Source: Candidatus Hodarchaeota archaeon
GTDB lineage: Archaea > Asgardarchaeota > Lokiarchaeia > Sigyniarchaeales > SOKP01
Direction: 5' to 3'
DNA length: 64,000 nucleotides
Assembly (NCBI GenBank): GCA_048886685.1
Contig: JBHLKM010000017.1
Location: 36,407 to 100,406, forward strand
The notes beneath the pieces are model-generated. The model saw only the letters and a program-made list of their open reading frames with translations. It ran no database searches and had not been told where the DNA came from. The translations under genes were made by a program, and so were the position numbers. Positions 51,235-59,947 of this stretch are shown here, piece after piece (within the stretch, counting starts at the first letter, position 1; each line of letters starts with the position of its first letter).

Positions 51235-52074
51235 TATTGAAGTTTATTAGATTTTTTAATTTTAAAGAAATATAAGAAGTAATTCGATTTTTGTGATGGT
51301 TTTTATTTATGAGTAGAATTAATTGATTCTTAATAAGGTTCGCTCTTATGAAAATGTTTCTTACGGATTTAATGTTTTTATGCATTATCATTAAATTTTT
51401 GTAATATTTTTAATAGTATATTATCAAAATTTCATTATTTTTAATAAAAATTAACAACTTTATCTGAGGTTAAATAAAAACTAACTTCTATATAAATATT
51501 TCGAAAATAATTTCCATTAATTAAGTGAAATTTAGAAAAGGTTTAGGTTTAGTTTTAAGTAAAAAATTTCGTAGAAAATTAAATTGATTTTATTCTTAAA
51601 TTTTAGGAGATAAATACAAATTGGATTAAGAATACCCACTTTATTTTATAATTGTTTTCGAAAATTACAGAATTATTTATAACGGAAAAACAATAAGATA
51701 TAAAAGAAAATATATGCTACAGCTTCGAATTATGAAAAAATAAAATTAATGCAACAACATTAATATACTCAAATTTATTAAAGATTCCATCACATTTACG
51801 AATTATGTATTAACTTCTAGGAATTAAACATATAATATAATAATAAGAGATTAAACCATCTTATATTTAATAAAAATTAAGTTCTCAAAATCCTATAAAT
51901 AATAATTCTCCCTTTTGAACTATATTCAAATTTATTTAAACTTATTAACTTGAATAGTTAATATTGAAATTAGAAATATTTAAATACAATATAAGTCTTT
52001 TATCGTATTTGAAAATATATGATAAATTTAATCTATTATAAATAATAATAAGAAAAAAAATGGAGATAAGAAAA

Positions 52075-52230
52075 ATGGGTTCGAAAAAAAAGGGAGGAAA
52101 GAAGAAATACGAGGAAGATGATGATTGGGATGATGATAACGAAGATGATGATGAAGATTGGGATGATGATGACGAAGATGATGATGATGAAGATTGGGAA
52201 GATTATGACAATTTTGAAAGAGATTATTGA
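52075..52230 (+). CDS. Unannotated 51-aa basic/acidic microprotein with three D-W repeats
   Basis: MGSKKKGGKKKYEEDDDWDDDNEDDDEDWDDDDEDDDDEDWEDYDNFERDY*; GGAG SD at 52062-52065; purine-rich coding island in AT-rich surroundings. Confidence 0.75.
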   Translation: MGSKKKGGKKKYEEDDDWDDDNEDDDEDWDDDDEDDDDEDWEDYDNFERDY

Positions 52231-52350
52231 AAATTCCTTATATAAACGCTCTTAAACTACCTTATATCATCTTATTCTATGAAAATGCATAAGCTGACTG
52301 ATTTTTTCTTAATCCTTTATATATATAATACCTTAAATTGATTTTAAATA

Positions 52351-53010
52351 ATGGAGAATCAGAAATATTTAGCGATTTTAATTTTAATTGGTGGAAAGAG
52401 TACTCGGTTTGGAACTGAAAAAGCAATTATTGAGTTTTATGGAAAACCCTTAATTTTACATCAATTAGAAATTTTATCTAAATTTGATCAAGATATCTAT
52501 TTAGTTGCACATTCTGAAGAACAAGTATTTAATTATCGAAAACAAATTGATTTTCCAAAAGAAATTACTTTTCTTATAGATGATAGAGATATTTTTGCAT
52601 ATCCAAGAATCTATAAACCAATGCTAGGAATATATTCTGGCTTGAAAGTATTGAGCGAATTAAACTTTGAAAAAGCTCTTTTATTATCATGTGATATGCC
52701 TTTAATTAAAGCTGAAGTAGTGGAATTAATGATTAATGAATCAATCGAATTTGAGTGTTGTATACCAAGGTGGAATAACGGTTATTTAGAACCATTTTTT
52801 GCGATATATCCTGTTGAGAAAGGATTTCAAAGAGCTAAAGAGATTTTAATCACGAAAAATTATGGTTTAATTAATTTCGTTGATAAAAATTGGAATATAA
52901 ATTATATATCAGTAGAAAAGTCTATTCAGCCTTTAGATAAAAATTTAGGAAGTTTGATCAATATTAATGGTCCAATTGATCTTGTTAAAGTAATAAAATT
53001 ACTTGAGTAA
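52351..53010 (+). CDS. mobA: Molybdenum cofactor guanylyltransferase
   Basis: LIGGKSTRFG.EKA, P..GI.SGL, SCDMP, EPFFAIY, NIN.P.DL. Confidence 0.88.
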   Translation: MENQKYLAILILIGGKSTRFGTEKAIIEFYGKPLILHQLEILSKFDQDIYLVAHSEEQVFNYRKQIDFPKEITFLIDDRDIFAYPRIYKPMLGIYSGLKVLSELNFEKALLLSCDMPLIKAEVVELMINESIEFECCIPRWNNGYLEPFFAIYPVEKGFQRAKEILITKNYGLINFVDKNWNINYISVEKSIQPLDKNLGSLININGPIDLVKVIKLLE

Positions 53011-53155
53011 AATTATTTTTAACAGTTAAAAATAATCTTTTACGCTCGTAAGTTTGGTAATTTTAAAATCTCCCAAATTTAGTATGAAAATGAAAAAAAA
53101 TTTCTATTATTATAGTATATATGTTATTAATTACTAAACAATAATTTGGTACGAA

Positions 53156-53744
53156 ATGTTATTTTCCTTAAATGATTTAATACAACCCTTATCTTGCTTT
53201 AGTAATCCTCCCTATATTAATTTTTTTAGCACGAGTTGCAGAAGTAAAATTAGCTACTTTAAGAATAGTATTTATATCACAAGGAAAACGTAAGTTAGCA
53301 CCATTTATGGGATTTTTTGAAATATTTATTTGGCTTCTCGCAGTTGGACAAATTTTCAGTAATTTAACTAATTTACTTTATTATTTTGCTTATGCTGGGG
53401 GATTTGCCATAAGTAATAACATTGGATTAATTGTTGAAAATAAATTGTCCTTAGGGTTATTGAGCTTACATTTGATAATTCGAGATGATCCTGATAAATA
53501 AATAAAAACTTTAAAGCAGAAGGGGTATGGATTAACAATGTTAACAGCAGAAGGGATAAGAGGTAATGTTAAATTATTTGTTATGATTATAAAACTTAAA
53601 AATCAACTAAGAGTGCATGAAATTATTAGAAATGTTAGACCTAATACATTTGCTTCAATCAACAATGTTCAATCTGTTGAAGGTGGTAAATTTCCTTTAA
53701 CTCAGAAAACTCGATGGTATTTACTAAGAAGAAAAAAAGTATAA
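53156..53744 (+). pseudogene. Disrupted DUF5698/DUF2179 (UPF0316-like) membrane protein
   Basis: One homologous frame reads ILPILIFLARVAEV.LATLRIVFISQGKRKLAPFMGFFEIFIWL...YAGGFA...ENKLSLG, then in-frame TAA at 53499-53501 (DDPDK*IKTLKQKGYGLT), then continues to 53744. ATG 53156 is in another frame, implying a frameshift near 53180. Confidence 0.8.
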
Positions 53745-53993
53745 TTATCTACAAGCTAAAAATAGGGAAAAATAATTATTTTCATTAAAAACAAAACCAA
53801 AACAAATTGTTGAAAATTTAGTAAATTACAAAATGTTGAAAAATAATAAAATTCTTTAGAAGAAGAATACATCAAATTAAAAAAAGAGATAACCCATCAT
53901 AATGAGGAAATCCTCCAATTAAGAAAGTTAATTGAAGAAGATAAAGAGATTTAAAAATTGTTTTAAATTATATTTAAACTTTAATTTATGAAA

Positions 53994-54662
53994 TCATGCA
54001 TTTGTGGGAAATTTAGTAGTAGGAGGCCTTATTTTTTCTCTTTCTGCCAATTTTTCTGAAAGTTCTTTCTTTAAGTCAGCTAATTTATCTTCGTTCACTC
54101 TTATTTCTACACTTTTTCTATAAACGTTTTTTATCGCTTTATTTAACATTTTTTGTTGTTTTATGCATAGATTTTCTGCTTTCGTTAGTTTTTCATTTGT
54201 TGCTGATATTTTTACAAGTTTAGCATAATTTAATTGATTTCTAGCTAATTTTTCCCGTTCTTTAGCAACATTTAGCTTTTCTTTAATAATTTTTAGTTCC
54301 TCTTCAGCTATTTGTTTATCAAGATAAGCAATTTGTCTTTGAACTTCAGCAATTGTTTTTTTGATTACTGCAATTTTTTCATTGTAAATGGCATAATCTT
54401 CTTCACTTTTTAAATTATTATTGGAAAAATTTAGTATATCTTTAACTTCTCCTTTCCTCTCAACTAGTTTTTTACTCTTTTCGGCTAATTTTTGTTTAAG
54501 CTTAGCTAATTCAATTTCATTTTTTACAAGAAGTTCTCGTGCTTTAGCGCTTTTAAGTTCTTGCTTAAATGTGATTTTAGAATCATGATAAATTGATTTT
54601 TCATCTTCTGCAATATCTAGATTTTTTTGTGCTTTTATATCTAAATTCTCAACATTTTCCAT
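53994..54662 (-). CDS. Long coiled-coil hypothetical protein
   Basis: 222 aa, K/E/L/A-rich heptad pattern. Confidence 0.75.
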   Translation of the reverse strand: MENVENLDIKAQKNLDIAEDEKSIYHDSKITFKQELKSAKARELLVKNEIELAKLKQKLAEKSKKLVERKGEVKDILNFSNNNLKSEEDYAIYNEKIAVIKKTIAEVQRQIAYLDKQIAEEELKIIKEKLNVAKEREKLARNQLNYAKLVKISATNEKLTKAENLCIKQQKMLNKAIKNVYRKSVEIRVNEDKLADLKKELSEKLAEREKIRPPTTKFPTNA

Positions 54663-55441
54663 ATTAATAACAACTCTTTTTTTAATTTATTTACATCTAA
54701 TTAGATTTAATAACATATTGAGTATCTCTAGAATTTTAATATATTTAAAGAATTTTCTATTCTAAAATCCTTAAGTTTTAATTTAAATAAGTTAATTATC
54801 ATTTAAATACGGGTTATAGAATAGTTAAAATCAATACAATTCCAAAAATGATATATTTAAAATAATTGGAAAGATTTAATTTGATAGAAATTAGGATCGA
54901 GTAATTTAGAGATAATTTTATTAATGTTTTTATAATTTTCCTCGTAGATATCATCTTCCTCATTTAATTCATTATATATATAAGTGACTGACAATAAGTT
55001 ATTTAAAAAAAAACATTTCAAATATTTTAAAGAATATCATAAAATAGCCCTCGATTAATATACTTAGATATTTTTGCCTGAATTCTAAAATATAAAAAAA
55101 TTTAAAGGGATAAATTCTGTTAATCTTATCTATAAAAAGATAGAGAATATTTTTACCTGTTTAAAAACAGATTACATTTTTAGATTTTTTCTTTTAACTT
55201 AAGAGATTCGAAATTGCAATTGATAAGATTTAAATATGTTTGTTGTTTATTAAAAGACTTGGTAATAAATATAATTACGAATAGAATAAAATAAAAATAG
55301 TTTTGGAAGATTAAAAATTAGAACTTAAAATATTAAAAAATTAAAAAATAAACGAAAGAATAAGGTTTTGGAAAAAAAGTGGCACAATGAAGAAAAAAAC
55401 TTATGAAATGGATAAAAAATGATAAGGGGGAGATAAATTAA

Positions 55442-55669
55442 ATGCAAAATGGTAAAAAACTTAAAGGATGGGTTAAGGAAACCTCAGAGATAAGAGTAGA
55501 TCGGGAAAATTTAAAGAAGGAAATTGATATCCTGAATACTGCAGTTAAAAAGTTACAAATTGAAGTTGATAGAATTTTAAAAGCGTTAAATATGAAATCT
55601 TATGGGGAAGAATTTAGAGAGAGAATGGAAAAAGCCGAAAAAAGGCAGTCTAATGAAATAATCTTGTGA
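55442..55669 (+). CDS. Small coiled-coil hypothetical protein
   Basis: 75 aa, GGGGAG SD upstream, heptad pattern. Confidence 0.6.
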   Translation: MQNGKKLKGWVKETSEIRVDRENLKKEIDILNTAVKKLQIEVDRILKALNMKSYGEEFRERMEKAEKRQSNEIIL

Positions 55670-55952
55670 GACGCTTGGAATTAACGATCTCAAACTAAAA
55701 ATGAAACTATTAAGAGAGAACTAACAATTAAACAACAACAACTATTATTATGAAGAAAACGATAGATGTAATAAGTAAGAGTATAATATATCTAATTAAA
55801 TAATTTTTTATATTCTTTTATTTCATATAAAGCGGTTTTAATGAATTAAATTTATATTGATAGGAAGTGTTAATTTCTTAAAAAAATGAAATCCTATCCT
55901 GATACTAAATACCTAAAAACCAACGACATTAAAAAAATAAAAAAAATGTATA

Positions 55953-57857
55953 TTAGATCCCTAATTTCTCTCTATTCTTTTCAATATGAACCAACATCGC
56001 ATCAACGGCTTGAATTGGATCAGTCTCAATATGTAAGATTCCACCAGTTATATCTTCTAAATCTTGAGTCAAAAGTTTAACTAGATTGGCACCTCCAGTT
56101 ACAGTAGGCACAGGATTGACATATGTATAAAGTCCATATGCTAAAGCGAATATTGCATCAATAGTGGCTTTTTGTTCCATATATTCTGGAGCTACGGCTA
56201 CTACAGGTAAATCTGGGATCGGAATATCACCAAGTGCGACAGAAATTGCACCTATCAAATCGGCAACTCTTCCTGTATCTGTACATGTCCCATAGCTAAG
56301 TACTGGTGGGATTCCCAATTTTTTACATATCGTTTTTAAGCCGGGACCTGCTAAATCTATTGCTTCTAGTGAACATAATCCTCCAACTTGTAAAGCACCA
56401 TTCCCGCATCCCATTGATAATACCAAAACATCTCTTTTGATTAATTCTTTAGCTATTTGAATTGTATGCACATCTTGTCCATAGTCTCTAAGAGTAGTGC
56501 AAGATATTAATCCAGCAACTCCTCGTATAGTACCTTTTTTAATAACTTCCAGTAATGGATCAAGTGCACCTCCTAGAGCTGCTAGAATGCTCTCACTTGA
56601 GAATCCAACAACAGCCTCATTCATAGCTAGTCCTGTTATTGGTTCAATACTTGCCTTTCTTTCTTTAAAGTTATCAATTGCTATTTGAAGAAGTTTCGCG
56701 GCTTGCTCTTCAGCTTTATCTGGTTTATAGTCTACTCTGTCAGTTATACCTTCAAAAGCAATAACTTCAGAGACAGGAATTAACTTAAATTTATATTTCT
56801 CAGCATATATTGGATCAATTGGCATACAACAATTCATATCACATATGAATGCATCAATGCAACCACTTCCCAAAACAGCTTCTTGCATAATCCAATTTCC
56901 CGTGAATCCATAAAAAACATCATCCATTTCCCATCTTTGTATCATTTCTTGTCCAGTCTCAATATTTGCGATAATTCTCAATCCTTTGGCACCAAATGCT
57001 TTCGCTTTATCTTGCCATTCAAGTCTTCTGGCAAGTTGGACCATTGCAAATCCTAAGAACGGTTCATGTCCATTTGGAAGTATATTTACATAATCTGGAT
57101 CTAATACGCCTAAGTTAACTCTCATTTTATGAGGTCTAGGAACATTAAACAGAATATCTTGAGTGAATTCATTGACAAGCTGACTTTGATATGCCATAGC
57201 GATCCCTAATCTCATTGCTTTAAGAGCTAGACTAGCATAATAACCATCAACATTTGTCAAGCAAGAGCTTGTGGAAAACATCATTTCACCATATAATCCA
57301 CCTGGGAAAATTCCTAATTTATCCCATACTTCTTGCCTTTCAGGTGGCGCTAATTTTTTCACTATTTGACTCTGTTCATCATAAGGTACATTAAAGTCCT
57401 CCTTTACAAAATGATATAATCTAAGTGCAATATCTTTTTCTGAACCGATTGTATCTAAGCCAAGACGCTCAGCAAAAGTTTTTAGTTTTTCAGGTTCAGA
57501 AATTTTAAACGGGGTTTTTCCCTCTACTGTAGCTTTTAAAGTTTTTAAAGTTGTTTCAGTGTGATAATGATATGTAGATGCCCCCATAACATTCCTAAGT
57601 AGCATCATACGCATTGCCATACCATCTGCAGTCATTCCACATACACCACGCTTATCTATTGATGAATCTGCTCTGCATGGGCCATTAGAACATAAATCAC
57701 AACGTGCACCTTTTAAACAAAAAGGACATCGTCTATCAGGAACTCCTCCAAATCCTTGTGCCTCAAATCGATCCCAGATTGTATTCATTCCATCTTTTTT
57801 GAGTTTCTCATATACTTTTTGAACAGATTTATGATAAGAAATTCTTTCATTTTCCAT
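55953..57857 (-). CDS. cooS: CooS/HCP-superfamily protein, divergent (clade D / CooS-V-like) Ni-CODH homolog
   Basis: CPFC....CDLCSNGPC, GVCG, NGHEP, SCTT, GCGN, YGTCTDTGR, PEYMEQKA; substitutions YHYH and IETGQE. Confidence 0.88.
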   Translation of the reverse strand: MENERISYHKSVQKVYEKLKKDGMNTIWDRFEAQGFGGVPDRRCPFCLKGARCDLCSNGPCRADSSIDKRGVCGMTADGMAMRMMLLRNVMGASTYHYHTETTLKTLKATVEGKTPFKISEPEKLKTFAERLGLDTIGSEKDIALRLYHFVKEDFNVPYDEQSQIVKKLAPPERQEVWDKLGIFPGGLYGEMMFSTSSCLTNVDGYYASLALKAMRLGIAMAYQSQLVNEFTQDILFNVPRPHKMRVNLGVLDPDYVNILPNGHEPFLGFAMVQLARRLEWQDKAKAFGAKGLRIIANIETGQEMIQRWEMDDVFYGFTGNWIMQEAVLGSGCIDAFICDMNCCMPIDPIYAEKYKFKLIPVSEVIAFEGITDRVDYKPDKAEEQAAKLLQIAIDNFKERKASIEPITGLAMNEAVVGFSSESILAALGGALDPLLEVIKKGTIRGVAGLISCTTLRDYGQDVHTIQIAKELIKRDVLVLSMGCGNGALQVGGLCSLEAIDLAGPGLKTICKKLGIPPVLSYGTCTDTGRVADLIGAISVALGDIPIPDLPVVAVAPEYMEQKATIDAIFALAYGLYTYVNPVPTVTGGANLVKLLTQDLEDITGGILHIETDPIQAVDAMLVHIEKNREKLGI

Positions 57858-58008
57858 AAATTATTACCTTTTATATTTGCCAATTTTGATCAGAATAAAA
57901 AAAAATAATAGTATTTAAGTAATTTTCGAATATAGTCAATAGGACACTGTTTTATATTACAGTTTATTATGGTCAAAATTTTTATCTACCTCTTCATTAA
58001 TTTATTTT

Positions 58009-58443
58009 ATGTCAGATTTAAAGCCTGTTAAATATGAGGATTATGAAGTAGGACAGTCTGCCTCATTTACTAAGAAAATAACCGAAGAAGATGTTATGAA
58101 ATTTGCCGAAGTAACTGGAGATTACAATCCTATCCATGTTAATCCTGATTTTGCAAAGACTCAAACGTTTGGAAAACAAGTAGCACATGGAGCTTTGAGT
58201 TCTGGTCTAATATCAGCAGTTTTAGGTACTAAGTTATTTGGACCAGGTATATTGTATGGGGGTCAAACGGTTAAATTCGTTAAACCTGTGTTTTTTGGTG
58301 ATACATGCACCGCAGTTGCCACAGTAAAAGAAAAATTTACGAAAAAGGAAGGTAAGTTAAAATTCATCATATGTGATACCATAGTAAAAAACCAAAATGA
58401 TGAAGTAGTAACTACGGGAGAAGGTACAATAGTTTTTATTTAA
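58009..58443 (+). CDS. MaoC-family (R)-enoyl-CoA hydratase
   Basis: FAEVTGDYNPIH...FA...AHG, FVKPVFFGD. Confidence 0.92.
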   Translation: MSDLKPVKYEDYEVGQSASFTKKITEEDVMKFAEVTGDYNPIHVNPDFAKTQTFGKQVAHGALSSGLISAVLGTKLFGPGILYGGQTVKFVKPVFFGDTCTAVATVKEKFTKKEGKLKFIICDTIVKNQNDEVVTTGEGTIVFI

Positions 58444-58479
58444 ATTTTTAAATTTTTTTTTTATATTATTTTTAAAGTG

Positions 58480-59055
58480 TTAATATTCAATACCATATCG
58501 TGCAGTTAATCCTTGGGAGGAATAATAATGCTTTATCATTTTCATTTCAGTCACTAAATCAGCAAGTTCTTTAATTTTAGGATGCATCTTTGGACCCCCA
58601 GTAAGGATTAATTCTACCTTCTCCGGTTTATTTTTGATCAATTCTAATACAGGTTCGACAGGTATTACATTCATAGATATAGCAACACCAACTTCATCAA
58701 GAATAACAATATCATAATCATCGCTCATGATAATTTCCTTAGCAAAATCCAGTGCTTTCTTTCCTTCATCTTTATCAAACTTACTAGGTTCAGATATAAG
58801 TTCTGGGCTTCCAAATTGTTTCAAATCAAAATTAGAAATACTTTTAATAGCTTCTATTTCTCCATATTTATAATTCCCTTTCATAAATTGAATCATATAA
58901 ACCTTAAATCCATGCCCCGTGGCGCGCACACCTTGACCTATTGCAGCGGTTGTCTTGCCTATAGGCATTACTATCTAGTTATCTATAGCAATTTTACCCC
59001 GACCAAAATAAACTTGTACAAGACCAACTTTTAATCTTTTTCTATTTGAGCTCAT
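58480..59055 (-). CDS. cobO: Cob(I)yrinic acid a,c-diamide / cob(I)alamin adenosyltransferase, interrupted by a 33-nt insertion
   Basis: Exon 1 (59055-58994) MSSNRKRLKVGLVQVYFGRG(K) joined to exon 2 (58960-58480) GKTTAAIGQG.RA.GHG..V..IQFMKG, ILDEV, ELILTG, ADLVTEM...KH, GIEY gives a 180-aa BtuR/CobO. Confidence 0.92.
58961..58993 (-). other. Putative BHB/BHL-type mRNA intron in cobO
   Basis: 33-nt in-frame insert containing TAG, inside Walker A. Folds as 4-bp central helix GGGU/GCCU, 3-nt bulges AA|A and AU|A, and 8-bp intron stem AUUGCUAU/AUAGUAAU. Confidence 0.8.
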
Positions 59056-59125
59056 TTTTTTATTCCTATTAATTTATTATACTTTGAAATACTCTATCAT
59101 TTAATTATTTTTTAATACCTAAAGG

Positions 59126-59902
59126 TTGCGTCAAATGGGAAATTACGAAAATTTAGATAATCAACTCAATAAATATCTTAGATTAGCTACATTTCCGGTT
59201 GGCGTGAAATTACTTGAAAATTCTGAAGATTTGAATGCTATAAAATTCATAAAAAAACCAGATCATAAGATAGCGTTGTGCCAGATATTCAGTTATGCTA
59301 GATATTATGGATGGACTATGGGATGTAAAAAAGAAGATAATTTATGTCCTTTAGCAGAAATTACTGTAGGTTTCGAAAAGTCACATGCACTCTTCGAAGA
59401 GGGGGCATTTTTTATAGGAAGATATAATGAAACCAAAGAGGCAGCTAAGAAAACAACATCAACAATGCCTAAACTCACCTATGGGAAATACTCTGCTATA
59501 GTATCAGGAGCATTAAGTAGAATTGATTTCAAACCAGATCTAGTATTAATATGGGGTAACTCCTCTCAGATCATGAGGTTAATACAGGGATATTTATGGA
59601 AGAGAGGTGGAAGGATTTCAATGTCAACATTTTGTGATGGCGTATGCGCTGATACAATTTCAAATGCATTATTGACCGGAGAACTCCAAGTTGCGTTCCC
59701 TTGTCTAGGTGATCGTCGTTTTGGATTAGCAATGGATACTGACTTAATAGCATCCATACCATTTGAAATCCTAGAAGAAATTATTGAAGGTATGGAAAAA
59801 ACTCATAAAGCGGGAACACGATATCCAATTCCGTATCAAATTTCGACTCCTGAATTCTTTTTAAAACTGAAAAAACAACTAGGTAAGGTTAAAAAGAATT
59901 AA
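59126..59902 (+). CDS. DUF169 family protein
   Basis: PVGVKL, LCQ...AR..G, CP, PDLVLI.GN..Q.MRL, C, PCLGDRRF. Confidence 0.85.
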   Translation: MRQMGNYENLDNQLNKYLRLATFPVGVKLLENSEDLNAIKFIKKPDHKIALCQIFSYARYYGWTMGCKKEDNLCPLAEITVGFEKSHALFEEGAFFIGRYNETKEAAKKTTSTMPKLTYGKYSAIVSGALSRIDFKPDLVLIWGNSSQIMRLIQGYLWKRGGRISMSTFCDGVCADTISNALLTGELQVAFPCLGDRRFGLAMDTDLIASIPFEILEEIIEGMEKTHKAGTRYPIPYQISTPEFFLKLKKQLGKVKKN

Positions 59903-59947
59903 ATTAGAGATTGAACTATAATTAAAAAATAATTTTTGAGAATTGAT

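Noticed and set aside
51400-52050. Long AT-rich spacer as a replication origin or ncRNA
   Set aside because: No ORB-like repeats, no adjacent cdc6/orc1 and no GC-rich structured segment recognised.
52110-52200. GAT-rich tandem repeats as a CRISPR array or microsatellite
   Set aside because: No repeat-spacer structure; explained by Asp/Glu/Trp codons of the microprotein.
53994-54662. Coiled-coil protein as an ESCRT-III/PspA homolog
   Set aside because: Length fits, but no diagnostic motif or Vps4/ESCRT neighbours; cannot be supported without a profile search.
58480-58968. ORF-track call of cobO starting at MPIGKTT
   Set aside because: That ATG lies inside the 33-nt insert and would drop the conserved GLVQVYxGxGK strand and half the P-loop, which are encoded in frame from ATG 59055.
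58975-58977. Pyrrolysine or other readthrough of the in-frame TAG in cobO
   Set aside because: Readthrough would leave 11 extra residues inside the P-loop; no pyl genes are seen in the window.
58959-58997. Spliceosomal-looking GT...AG 39-nt intron (GTAAAA...CCTATAG) at the cobO site
   Set aside because: Its removal gives GRGKTT and loses two residues of the GxGKGKTT motif. The 33-nt BHB junction restores the motif exactly, and no spliceosome is known in archaea.
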